This document shows positions 11,143 to 23,700 of a DNA stretch of 53,432 nt, piece by piece; within the stretch, counting starts at the first letter, position 1; each line of letters starts with the position of its first letter. Where the stretch lies: NCBI GenBank assembly GCA_001600695.1, contig BCKQ01000002.1, positions 1,846,001 to 1,899,432 on the forward strand, given 5' to 3'. A program made the position numbers and the translations under genes. This DNA comes from Ascoidea asiatica JCM 7603. Lineage: Eukaryota; Fungi; Ascomycota. The notes below the pieces were generated by a model. It saw nothing but the letters and a program-made list of their open reading frames with translations, ran no database searches and was not told where the DNA came from.

Positions 11143-13011
11143 TTAATGGTTTCTTTCAGCGTCAGTTCTTTCCTTGGCAGATTTTATTAATGAATTCCAA
11201 TTAGGTGTTACTATACCAAAATAACATTGAACAAATCCAATAATAAAAAGAGCAAAGCCAATACCTATCCACAATCCTTTTAATTTAAAATCAGTATTGA
11301 ATGCTAAATAAAATGACAAAGGTAATCCAATAATATAATATGCTCCTAAGTTTACTATACTTCCAATTTTCTGCTGACCTTCACCTCTTAAAATACCTGC
11401 AGATATTGCATTTAGTCCATCGAATACCTGAATATAAGATATTAAAGGTATTACATCCACCAATTCTTCTATTACATCTTCATCTGAAGTGAAAAGATTT
11501 GCAATTTTATATCTAAAAGTAAACAAGAAAAGGCCGTTGAGAATTCCGGCAACAAGACCAAAAGTCAATCCAACTTTAGCACAAATTTTTGAAGATTCTG
11601 GTAAAGAAGCACCAATGAAATTAGCTAATCTGGTAGAAGAAGCAATTGAAATTGCAAAGGGAACTTGGTAAGTTAAAGAAGATATTGAGGAAAGAACTGA
11701 ATTTGTAGCTAAAGCGGTAATACCAAGATAGGTTGAACCTAAAGTTAAAATTTCAAAGGCTAAAAACTCAGCTAAAATCATCAATAAACCAGCAAAAGCT
11801 AATGAAAACATTCTTTCCCAGCCTCTAAAACATTCTTTAAGATTTAAACCATTCCAACATTTTAAAGGGTCTACTTCATTTTTTGTAAAAATAGTATATA
11901 AAAATAAGCCAATTGGCATAATCCAATAAGTAATTGCAACAGCCAAGGGAGCTCCAAGATAACCAATACCTATATGTTTATTCCAAACAAATAAATAATT
12001 CATTAAAGCATTTAATGGAGAACATATAAGTAAAATATAAGTTGAAGCTGAGAAAATCCCTTGAGATTGTAAAAATCTTTTACCACATTCAAATAAAACA
12101 TAACCAGGAATACCAAATGCAACAACTTTTAAATAATTTGAAGCTAAGTGAGATAAATTTTCATCATGAATTATTAAGAATAATACTTTTTCAGAACCAA
12201 AAAACCAAAATAAGATTATTGGAACTAAAATTGAAATTAAAAGAGCAACACATCTCTGGAAATAAAGTCCAACTAAATGATATTTTTTAGCACCAAATGC
12301 TTGAGAACAAAGAGTATCTAAACAAGTTGCCATTCCTTGAACTGTTGCAAAACCTGTGATATTTGCCGTCATTGCACCTAAAGTTACTGCAGCTAATTCA
12401 GTTTTACCTAAATGACCAACGGAAAAAATTGAAGCTGCTGAATAACTATTTTGTAATAAAAATGTTATTACTAATGGAAAAGCAGATTTTGCTAATGATT
12501 TAATTTCTCTTGAATAAGTTGTTTTAATTTTTTCTTGAGTAACAGCATCTTCCCAAGCATTAATAATTATTGAAGCATCATCGTTTTCAGGTAATATAGA
12601 GCCATAAGTGGGTAAAATATCAGTAGAAGGAGTTCTTGATCTCATTAAAGAATGAGTAAATGAATTTCTTGATCTTGTCTTTGCAAGAAGATTATTATCT
12701 TCTAATAATTGTCTTTCTTCTTGTAATAAAGTTTGACCATTTCTACTTTGAAAAACAGTTGGATTTAAAAGAGGTCTATTTTCACTATGGGAATCATTAT
12801 CAGTACGAATATTATCATTGTTATTATCAATATCATTATCATCATCAAAAACTGATGAATTCAGAGAGCCTAAAAAGTCACTTGGAATAAATATTGAGGC
12901 TCTACCTACAGAAGCTGATAATAAAACGGAAGCTCTTCTTTCATTAGCAGAAGATCTAAACTGATGAGAAGTATCCTTTGGAGACGATATTGGAATATTA
13001 AGATTACTCAT
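11143..13011 (-). CDS. ERC1: MATE-family transporter, ethionine resistance protein Erc1 orthologue
   Basis: 622 aa. VGHLGKTELAAVTLG and LDTLCSQAFGAK, two MatE repeats. N-terminal RRASVLLSASVGRASIFIPSDF and EERQLLEDN resemble S. cerevisiae Erc1 rather than Ydr338c. Confidence 0.9.
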   Translation of the reverse strand: MSNLNIPISSPKDTSHQFRSSANERRASVLLSASVGRASIFIPSDFLGSLNSSVFDDDNDIDNNNDNIRTDNDSHSENRPLLNPTVFQSRNGQTLLQEERQLLEDNNLLAKTRSRNSFTHSLMRSRTPSTDILPTYGSILPENDDASIIINAWEDAVTQEKIKTTYSREIKSLAKSAFPLVITFLLQNSYSAASIFSVGHLGKTELAAVTLGAMTANITGFATVQGMATCLDTLCSQAFGAKKYHLVGLYFQRCVALLISILVPIILFWFFGSEKVLFLIIHDENLSHLASNYLKVVAFGIPGYVLFECGKRFLQSQGIFSASTYILLICSPLNALMNYLFVWNKHIGIGYLGAPLAVAITYWIMPIGLFLYTIFTKNEVDPLKCWNGLNLKECFRGWERMFSLAFAGLLMILAEFLAFEILTLGSTYLGITALATNSVLSSISSLTYQVPFAISIASSTRLANFIGASLPESSKICAKVGLTFGLVAGILNGLFLFTFRYKIANLFTSDEDVIEELVDVIPLISYIQVFDGLNAISAGILRGEGQQKIGSIVNLGAYYIIGLPLSFYLAFNTDFKLKGLWIGIGFALFIIGFVQCYFGIVTPNWNSLIKSAKERTDAERNH

Positions 13012-13464
13012 TTTAAGGCAAAAAATCGATTATAAAGTTTATTATCTTAAGGGATAAATGATAGATATAATTTTATTTGATGAAAATTGAAAAAAAAACA
13101 TAAAACCCAGTTGAAATTTAATGGTAAACTAAAAAATATATTTCAAGAAAGGAAGAAAAGGATGAAAAATTTTGATTTTTTTTGAGGGAATTTATAGAAC
13201 ATTATAAATTAAAATTAGGTGAAAAAACATATCATAATGTTGTAATTTTATAGTACAAATTGTTGATTTAAGTTAATTATGATTATTATCTCGAAAATCG
13301 AAATAATCGAAATAATCTGAATTATCGTAGTAATGTTACTGTAAAATTTAAGTTAATGAATTTCTGGAATGTGGTTAAATCAATTTAGTGCTTGCGTCGG
13401 CTATTTCCCAAACAAGACTGATAGTTAGTCACTTTTACTAAAATGTTACATACAAATAATCCGA

Positions 13465-13472
13465 GTCACGTG
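13465..13472. promoter_or_regulatory. Cbf1-type GTCACGTG site upstream of ERC1
   Basis: Exact RTCACGTG about 450 bp upstream of the ERC1 ATG. Confidence 0.4.
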
Positions 13473-16179
13473 CTTCTATAATAAAACTTTAGGATAAAGA
13501 TAATAATTATGGAATTAAATATTTATTTTGACAGGACTTTATTTTACCCCCAAAATGATTCATTCATGTCTTGAATTTTTCACTTGTTAAAATTTTGAGG
13601 ATAAGATTTTAGTGGTTTTTTTTTGACTGTAATTATTTTCATATCTAATGGCTGAAGAAGTTTTAATTACAAGTTCACGATTGATGAGATTGAGAAAGAA
13701 TTCCGCTCCACGGATTTACTATCGTTTATATTATTTCCTATTAATGGATTTTTTTTTTTATAAAAGTGTATGGGAAAGAAACGAGATTATGGGGCATTTC
13801 AAAAATGCTATAGCCAACCCTTATGTTTTGTGGGCAAGTTTCGACACCCCGCAATTAACATATTCAGATCGGGGAGGTCCCCGGGGTTGTTTATTTTTAG
13901 TGACCACGATCAGGAAAAGTTTTGGGTAAGTTTTAAAGCAGTTCTCGAAATTTGAGGGTCAGCATTTTATTAAACCCGATTTAATCCTACTGCCCCATTC
14001 GCCTATAAAAGTTTCATAATTCTTGAAACTTTCCTAATCTGGAAAGATTGTAGAAAATATATATTTTTTGATATTATATAATTTAATATGGACTTCATTT
14101 AATTTTTTTTTGAAATATTTCAATAGGAGTTCGCTAAGAGTAAAATAAATCTAAATTGTCTAAACTATTAATATAAGATTTCAGATTAAAAATAATTAAG
14201 GGTGAGTTGGAAATAAGGCGAAATTTTTTTTTGGTTTAAATTTGATTATGAACCGATAACTGAAACAAAAAACACATTTATTTTTTCTTTTCTCCTCAAA
14301 TCGAAAATTAATGATTAAAAAAAATTTCAAAATATAAAATGAGAGATAAAATAATCATAATTGATAATGCATTAGTATTTGCTTCAGTGCAACGCCAATT
14401 TAATATTATGTAACTTGAAATTCTCTCTAGTTGTTAAAAATGCGCGCTATAGATAAAATGTTATTTTTGCGTGCAATAAAAACGTATTTTGTTATGCGTG
14501 CAATAATACTATTTGTTTTTGAATGCACAGAAAGAATAATATGCATTTAGCGCACATAATGTAATGAGCCAGAGAAAACGACCGCGACTTAACTCGTATT
14601 CTGATCTACGCCATTGCAGTATTATGTGTTATACTACTTCATTATACAGGTAACTAAATTTTCCACTTAACCCATTAACTAATTCAAATTGAATTTTCTT
14701 CTAAATTTTTTTCATTAGTGCGTGCCTTTGATAACTTTATATAAAATTATTTCCACTTGAAAAGCCATAAAATATTTTATTTTTTAGATACAATCGAATC
14801 TCGTTAAATGAATAATAAATATTAATTATTTTTTTTATTTTTTTTACTGGCAGTCCACACTTTGATGTATTTGAATAATTTTTAAAAGAATATTTCACAT
14901 TTAAATTATGAAGGATAATGCTTCTATCGAGCTTTTAAATGACCAATGAAAACATTACTTAGAGCTCTTTCGGAGTTTATGCAAAAGTCAGAAGACATGA
15001 AATTCAATCTCGAGCAGTTGTAAAAATCAATTCAAATTCAAAATTGAAATGGCAAACCTTTTACCAAATCAAACATATATTTTCTACAATTTTGGAAGTA
15101 AATATTACTAAAAGGCTCTTCTTGTTTCATGACTGATTTAAATCATATGAATTTTTGTTGATCGTAAATTTTATACAAGGAATATTTGTTAATTTAAACT
15201 CCTTTTAAGGAGTTGTTATCACTTCAGCATCGTTACTTGCGATTAAGTAACAATTACGTGAAATCAGGTATGATTCTCATAACGTGCTCAAACAATACCG
15301 GAAGCGGCTCTTAAAGCTGACGGATTACTGTTTTAGTGTATTGTATATTTGCATAATTATACTGTAAAATGCATCTTATTAAAATGAAAGACTTTAAAAC
15401 ATTATTGCGCAGATACACACCTACAGGAATGCTTACCATACTTATCAGAGCTGCTTTTTTTGTTTTTGCGCAAGTGATAGACACTTTTTATGTACAACAC
15501 AGCATCAGTTTTCCCATAGTAAAAACTGACAAATTCCCCGGTGTGGCGTTGATATCCAAATGCCATTTCATTTTACTTTCAAGTTAACATGGCTCTTCAA
15601 TTTCACAGCCACGTTACTCTTGAAACTGTTACAATCAAGAATATTTTTGACGCTCTAAAAGTGTATTTATTTACGACTATTCATTCTTTTGCGCGCATGC
15701 CCTTATAAGTTATTCTTACTGAGCGCGCGCTGCTATTAAAGCGCACTGATTTCCAACAGCGCAATTACGGTGGATTGATTGCACGCAGAAAATACAATAG
15801 TTAGCGCGCAAGAAGAAAAGTTAGCCCACTGCGTTGATTTTGTGTAAGCCGCTGCTCAAAGTGCTGTGTAACCTTGGACGCTTCTTTCCACGCTTTCTGC
15901 TCCAACATAACCTTACATTGATCATTTATTGATTGGTAAACTGCTAATGGTGATATTGAGCCTGGGATTATTAGATTTCTTTAGCTCTTTTTTTGCAATT
16001 GCAAGAAGAAAATTCTTTTGGATTACTTAAGATAATTTCAATTCATTAACAAAATTTCAAAAGTTTCTGAGAATTTAAAGCTTTAGTGATTTGATGATTT
16101 GATAATTACAATTGTTTCAATATCTGAATATTTGTATATTTGTATATTTGTATATTTGAAGTTCTAAGTACACTTCATG

Positions 16180-17858
16180 GAAGCATTGCGATTATTTCAA
16201 ATATAAAATCATCTAAAATCCACGTAATTCAACTTTCAAATTAGCTTTTGAATAAAAATTTTTATTTTTTAAATTGATAATTTTCTAAACTTTTTAAATC
16301 ATTCTTTTGAAAGAATTCTTTAAATAAAATTTCAATTCTTTTTATAAAATAGTCTGTATCCTTCATCTATATTTTAGCTTATCTCATTGCTCATTATTCA
16401 TTTTTCATTTTTCATCGTTCATCGTTCATTTTCAATCAAATATTCAATCCAATTCAGTTAAGTTATTAATAATAAAAGAACCACAATAAAATTGAAAGAA
16501 AAAAGAACTCCTTAGATTTGATATAAACAAGAATTTCAATATTTTTTTATATTTGAGATTTAAAAGTCAAATAATCAATTAACCTATCTAAAAACGTTAT
16601 TACTCAGATTCAGATAAAAAGTAATTTTTTTCTCTGGTAATTTAATAAATTTTTTCTTATTTCCTCTTAATATTTTCATTTATTTTTTAAAATTGTCTTA
16701 ATTAATACAATTTTCAGCTAAAAATTTACCAAAAAATAATAAAATCTTTATCCTCAATTACATACTCAAAGCCTATCAGCTCAATCAATCACACATAATT
16801 TATAAATAATTAAAATAATTCCTACATTTTACAACTTACATATAATATCGTATCATATTAATATTATTATTAAATCCTGGTACTATTATTTCATTGTTTA
16901 ATCAATCCATTACAGATCAAAGGAGAATTAATAAATTTTAAAACTTTTTTCACTTTGCTTTTAAATCCGAGATCAAAACTAATTTTTAAACAAGAACAAT
17001 AACAAGTGTAAGTATTACAATTCTATACTACAGCATATTTAAAAAAAAATAAATCATAAATTTAAAAGAAAGATATTTACATAAGATATCAAACAAAATA
17101 CTTTATACTTAATACTTAATACTTAATATTCAATACTTGGTATTATTGACTGCTCATACTCTATTATTGATACTATTGGCACTATTGAAATATTTCAAAT
17201 TATTCTTATCATTCTCATTACTCACATATTCAAGTTATTATTACCATTATATTATCAATTATTATTATAATAATTATTATAATTATTATTACTAGATATA
17301 TAAAGTCCATTATTATAAATATATAAACCTGATAGATTCATTTAAAACAATCAAATAAGTTTCTTTCATACTATCACTACAATTTATTACAATTTTTTCT
17401 TAACAACCATTTTATAATTTCTTAAACAGTCAATCAACTTTTAGTTAGAACTCATTTAAGATCCAATTCTCAAATATTATTATTCATTTTCAATAAAATT
17501 TAAAAGATTATTTCTCTAATATTTAATATTTTGCATCCAATATCTTATTACAATATTATTTAATAAAGTTTACAACTAGCTCTACTCAATCTACATAATA
17601 TATCCTTATTTTTCTTTCCAGCTAATACAAAATTCAAGAAACTTTAACTATTTTCACATAATTTATATTTTTATAAATCTATTTCATAAAGTTTTTAGAA
17701 TCTGTTATACACTTCAAAAGAATATAACTTATCTCATAATTAAAAATTTAATAGTTAGTGGCCCATAATCAATAGCTTATAATCAATATTTTAAAATCGC
17801 AATTCATATTTTATAATTTATAATCTATAATTCACCATTACAATTTATATTATAGATA
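16180..17858 (+). other. Putative very long AUG-free 5' leader of the 540-aa gene
   Basis: No ATG on the + strand between 16180 and the start at 17859 (manual scan), while CAT is frequent. TATAAAA at 16202 and 16343. Confidence 0.55.
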
Positions 17859-19481
17859 ATGGAAGCAAATATCAATTTAAATATTCCTCTTTCTCGTCCA
17901 CAAACAATGATTTTTTCTACTCCAAATAATTCAAATCCAGATTTTTTCTCTGGATTTCAGACTCCATCTAATTCTCAACAAACTTACTCCTTCAATAATA
18001 ATTATATATTCAATAATACTTCAAATAATAATCCTAACTCAAATCAAAATCCAGGTATAACAATTGCCTCAAATAGTTTAAGAAGTTCAAATGCAAGTAT
18101 AGCCAGTTCAGTGACTTCTTCATCAGATTGTTTAGTTGATTATAATATCAATTTTAACCCTGTTTTTGATAAATTAATTCAATCGATTTATCAATCTCAT
18201 TGTTCAAATCCAACCGCAACACCATTTAATGGTAGATATCCACCTTCTGGTGTTGTCAGTAAAGTTGCAAAAAAAGTTTTAAAGCAATCAATTGAGAAAA
18301 AAATTCCTATGGAATATGATTCAATTAAAATTCCTTCAAAATCTCCTGAAAATTTAACAATAATAAGACAAAGATTATTATTTTTATGTAGTTCATCATT
18401 TGATGAGAATAATAATAGTAGAACTAATAGTCTTTCTTCAATAATTTCTTTTGATGCTGATCCTGATCAAACATTTTCTTTACAAAATACTGGAAATAAT
18501 AATTTCAATCTTTTAAATAATTTTAATAATTTAAATAATGGAAATACTTCAAATTCTATTAATGGTCAAATTATTGACTTTGATTCTTATAATTCAATTA
18601 ATCATGCTTCATTGAATTCAATATTTGAGTTGAAAAATATCAATCAGCAAAATATTCAACCTCCAAATGCACCATTTGCTGGATCAAGAACATCATCATT
18701 ATCTTCTCGTTCTTCAATTTCCTCTTCCAATAATAATTATTTTCAAAATGGGGCTTCATTAAATATCAACACTACTCTCAATAATAATATTAATAATAAT
18801 AATAATAATTATGGTATAAACTCGGGTACTAATACTCCTATTACAAACACAAATAATAATAATAATATGAAAAATAATTTTCAAGTCAACCCCTCATTGT
18901 ATTTGAAACAATCTCAATCTCAATCTCAATCTCCATCCCGTTTACATTCACCTTCTCAACTTCAATCACAGCAATATCAACAATATCAACAATTTCAGCA
19001 ATTTCAACAGCCTCAATCTCTCCAATCAGTTCAACCAGTTCAACAATTATCTCAATCTGGATCTCAATATTCCAACACTAATGATACTTCGTATTCTTCT
19101 TTAATGACCTTACAACCCGCATTAAACTCAGTTCCAGGAGGTAGTAAGAGTTCAAAAAGTAAACGAAATTCATTTATTCATACTAAGCCAATGTACTCCA
19201 ATCCTAATGATGCTATTGCTGTTCCTGGGCAAAATAATCAAAATCAAAGCCAAAATCAAACTCAACAACAATATGGATCTCATAATGCAGCAATTGCTTT
19301 AGCATCTTTGAATCAACCATTTAGTTTGAATAGCCCAGCAACTGAAGATTTTTCATTTGCAAAAAATTCTAGTAATTCTACTAGTCCTAAAGGTTTGAAT
19401 AATAATCAACCTCTCTATACAGCTAATTCAAGTAAGAGAAAAAGAGATAGTTTGAAGTTGAAAAGATTTGGACATCGTTAA
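17859..19481 (+). CDS. Uncharacterised N/Q/S-rich protein, probably a nuclear regulator
   Basis: 540-aa ORF. One ordered segment (FDKLIQSIY..NPTATPFNGRYPPSGVVSKVAKKVLK..IRQRLLFL) within low-complexity N/Q tracts; C-terminal KRKR NLS-like motif. Confidence 0.85.
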   Translation: MEANINLNIPLSRPQTMIFSTPNNSNPDFFSGFQTPSNSQQTYSFNNNYIFNNTSNNNPNSNQNPGITIASNSLRSSNASIASSVTSSSDCLVDYNINFNPVFDKLIQSIYQSHCSNPTATPFNGRYPPSGVVSKVAKKVLKQSIEKKIPMEYDSIKIPSKSPENLTIIRQRLLFLCSSSFDENNNSRTNSLSSIISFDADPDQTFSLQNTGNNNFNLLNNFNNLNNGNTSNSINGQIIDFDSYNSINHASLNSIFELKNINQQNIQPPNAPFAGSRTSSLSSRSSISSSNNNYFQNGASLNINTTLNNNINNNNNNYGINSGTNTPITNTNNNNNMKNNFQVNPSLYLKQSQSQSQSPSRLHSPSQLQSQQYQQYQQFQQFQQPQSLQSVQPVQQLSQSGSQYSNTNDTSYSSLMTLQPALNSVPGGSKSSKSKRNSFIHTKPMYSNPNDAIAVPGQNNQNQSQNQTQQQYGSHNAAIALASLNQPFSLNSPATEDFSFAKNSSNSTSPKGLNNNQPLYTANSSKRKRDSLKLKRFGHR

Positions 19482-20173
19482 AATCAATTAAATAAAGATT
19501 AAATATTTAATTTCAATATCTTGGTTTTTTGTTATCTCATAATAATCCATCTTACTCTCAAAGAAAAACAAACACTTATCCTCACTGCTCAAAATGATAT
19601 ACAGTATACAACTTTTTCAATCTAATTATAAATTTAATTAAGCTTATGAGAACTTTAATTTTCTTTTTTTTTTGTTGTTTACATTTCTTGTTTATTTTTT
19701 TGTATTTTTTTCATATAATCAATTCTCACTAATAACTTTTTACTAATTTAACTTTTGACTTAACTCTTGAATGATTTTTTATTTTTTCTCATTTTTCTCT
19801 ACTTATTTATATAATTTTCATTTCCTCTTTTGTTGTTGTCGTTGTTGTTTTTCTTCTCTTCACCAAAATTTACATTCTTAACACTATTATTACATACTTA
19901 CTATTAGATAATCCAAAATAATTATGCCTTTTTTTTTTTTTTTATTGAAAGCTGAAGCTCAAGATACACAAAACACACTTGAATGAATTCTAAAAGTTGA
20001 CGATTTTACTTCTTGGAATCTGTCTTAACACTAACTATCAATTATTTTTCAATCATGTCTTTAATTTAATTTATATACAGTTCTTAATTGCAATAATTTT
20101 CTTTTTTATCTTTATCTTATTATTTTAGTTTCGAAATTTCACTGTATCCCCAGTCTCTGCAAGTTTCCCCATT

Positions 20174-20194
20174 GGGGGGGGGGGGGGGGGGGGG
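20174..20194 (+). repeat. G21 homopolymer (potential G-quadruplex)
   Basis: 21 consecutive G in otherwise AT-rich intergenic DNA. Confidence 0.9.
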
Positions 20195-20796
20195 CCCACT
20201 ATATACTGCCAAAAATGCGTGGTCCGGGACCATAGTAATTAGCTAAATCATATGACATATAAAGGTAGTCCCGTTTTTAAGGGTTTAAAAGTGTTTAAAA
20301 AAATTATTTGGATTATTTTGAGGTTTTTGTTCCTGTTTTAGAAACAACGTTTACTATGTAAAGAAGAAGATTTTGAAGTGGTATTTAGCGTTTCTGGCAG
20401 TATATAGCGGTTCACCCCATTGGGACTCTGGTACAAGATACCACCCGTACACCTGGCGACAGTACAGTCACGCGGGCTGCTCTTTGCTCTTGCGCGTTAT
20501 CTCTGCCTCAGCTTCATTTTGCTTATTTTGTCTCGAGCGCTGTCAATACTCTGATATGTAATTCCAGTTGTTATTGTTCTTGGAGTTGTAGTAAGAGTTG
20601 GTGGTAGTGTTGTTTTTGCTGATTCAACTGGATCTGATTTGGCAGATATTCATAAATTAAATTATTCAATTCTTTTTCAATTAGCTTGATTAATTTTCAT
20701 CTGTTTTTATTTTGATTTTATCCTCACTATTGATATTTATTTATCTTTATTCATATTTATATTGCTTTATCTAGTAGGTGTTGCACTGCTGAAGGA

Positions 20797-23700
20797 ATGT
20801 CATCTTCAAGGCTACAGAATCAGATTCACGATGAGGATAATAGCCCCTTTGCTTCTTCTAATGATGAAAAACCTTTTTTGAATAATATCAATCCAAATTC
20901 CAATAATGATTTTTATAAACCTCCCAAAAATTCAGGCAATTCAATAATAAATGAACCTGATTTAACTGCTTCACATTTATTATTCAGTAATATTAACACT
21001 TCTTCAACTACAAAAGACCTTGATCCAAAATTGTTCAGTAAAACTCAAACATATTATAAAGATAATCACAGTGATTCTCTAATAACTAAACAATCTTCAT
21101 CTACTTCCAATTCATATAACGATAATTACGTTACAAATATATTCAATTCTGATACTTCAATTAAATCTCAAAAATCTTCTTTTTCTAATAATCTTGTTAA
21201 TCATTTTGAGCAAATTTCAAATAATAAAAATCTTAATCGTTCTCATAATGATGACGAACATTTAACTGAAGATGAAGCTGATATTACTTTCACTGAAGAT
21301 AATTCTCATTCTCGATCTGAAAGTGGAAGTTTAAATCAAAGTCAACCACCAACTTTAACAAAAAATAATTTTTCTACTCTTTTAAATCTTACAAATGAAT
21401 CCAATAAATCTAATGGATTCAATAATCCAATTACAAATTCAAAAAATGTATCTACAATTGATTCAATTGGAGCCCCTAAATCTGATTACGTATCAAATCA
21501 TCCTCCTATTTCAACCGATTTTTATAATGAATATTATAATGAAAATGGTTATACTTCAAATAAATATAATGCCGAAGAAGAAATAAGTATAAAAAATAGT
21601 ATTATTTTTAATAATAATTATCAATCTGAAACTTCCTCAATATTTACTCAAAACTCATATCATGGTAGTAATGAAAATATAAATAATTTTATGCCTCCAA
21701 ATAATGATTCTAAAATTTCTAATAATTTAAATTCAAATATATCAAAATCAAATAATCAAGTTAATAATTTCTTGAATAGAAGTGCAACAAGCATTTCAAA
21801 AATTAATTTAACTTCGAATTCAAATTCAAATATTAATGATAATCAAATTGTAAATCCTCAGATTATAAATTATTCACTTTATAATAATTCAATTAATAAT
21901 AATAGTCAAATATATTCTAATATATCACATAGTAGTATTGAAGATTTAGACAGCAATTCAAATCATAACCCTTTAGAGTTTTATTCACAATTATCTCTTC
22001 CTACTCCTCAAGAAATAATTGAAAAAAATAGAAATCAATTAATTTCTATATCCATAAAAGCTGCTGTTCAAACAAAAGATTTCAAAAATAAAAAAATTAT
22101 TGTATACATTATAAACTTCAATAACCAATTAGAAACAAGAAGAAGATATTCGGATTTTGATTCTTTAAGAAAAGTTTTAATAAAATTTTTTCCAACTTTA
22201 TTGATTCCTTCAATTCCTGAAAAACATTCTTTAAAAAATTATTTAAAAAATCCATTAAATGTTCAAAGTTCTGATTTTAAAATAATTGAAAAAAGAAAAA
22301 GACTTCTTGAACTTTTTTTAAATCGTTTAATAAATATTGAACATGTTAAATATTTTGAAGTATTTTGGAAATTTTTAGATCCAACTGTTGTTAATTTTCA
22401 AGATTTGCTAAAAATTCCTCCAATAACTTTAATTCCAAATAATTCACTCATGGCTCCTCCTATAAATCCAATTAAGCCTAGTCCTTTTCATTCTTTATTA
22501 CCTATCCCCGCTGTTAATAGTTTAAATAATTATGATTCTTTAGTTTTAGGATATAAAGAAATTTTAGCATCTCAAAGAAGAAATCTTGATTTGCAATTAA
22601 ATTATTATTCAAGTACTGTTAATAATTCAAATTCAGATCATTCTCATAATGCTTTCATTTCCCAAAATAATCGAAATAATTCACATACCTCATTTGATTC
22701 ATTAGCTCTTGAAGCTACAGAACCAACTGTTGAATCAATGGGTCCATTGGAATTTGAATTCTATTTGACTTTTAGAAGATTTGAAATTTTTAGTAAAAAA
22801 ATTGTCAAAATTATTAGTCCGTTGAATAAAAGTGTTGAAAAGAAATTCGTTAGAAATATTAAAGATCTAATTTCAAATTTAAGTGATCTTGGCGCTCATT
22901 ATAATGCTTTTTCTTTAGAATGGAGTTCAACAATGAATTTTGATTGTGAATTCGATAAGCCAAAAGCTCAATTAGATGAAAATTTAAGAAATTCTGAAGA
23001 TTATGCTGAAAATATTGGATATCTTAATCATAAGGCATCTCCATCATACTTTAATGATGATACTTTAAGTGCCAATCCTTTTTCAAAATCAAGCGAGAAT
23101 TCTTTAAATTTTTCATTAAAAGATGATCCTTTAGCTAATAAGTTCCATACCCTATCATCGGCAATTGAAAAAATTGGTCAAGCTTTAGATAATGAATTTA
23201 TTAATCTTGAAGCATTAAAGTATTCTTTTATCATTAAATTTCAAGAGCCATTGATGGAAATGAATAAAAATATTAGAAGTTTTTTGAAAGAAGTTCTAAT
23301 TTTCAAAAAATTGAAAGATCTTCAATATTTGATTATATTTAAAAAATTAATGAGATATTTCAAAAGAATTAAAGAACTTAGATTTTTAGAAGATAAAATG
23401 TCTAAATTAGATGACTTTTTGAAACAAAATTCTAAAGATAGTAATACTTTGAGAGAAGCTTATCAAATATGGGAACAGAAAAAGTTGAAAATGAAACAAC
23501 ATGATGACGAAGAATCTGCTCATGAAGAAGCTGATGATAATATACAGCATCATGATACAACCCATGATACTTCAATTTCAAATTCTCATTCAAATTCCAA
23601 TGGTAATGATAATGATAATAATAATAGTAATACTATTGATAATAATAATAGAGTTAATTCTAATTCAAATTCAAATGGAAGAAGTTCTTCGGATTCAAAA

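Noticed and set aside
14900-15590. Possible decayed ORF and the 72-aa ORF 15369-15587
   Set aside because: Frequent stops and no recognisable motif; not distinguishable from intergenic DNA.
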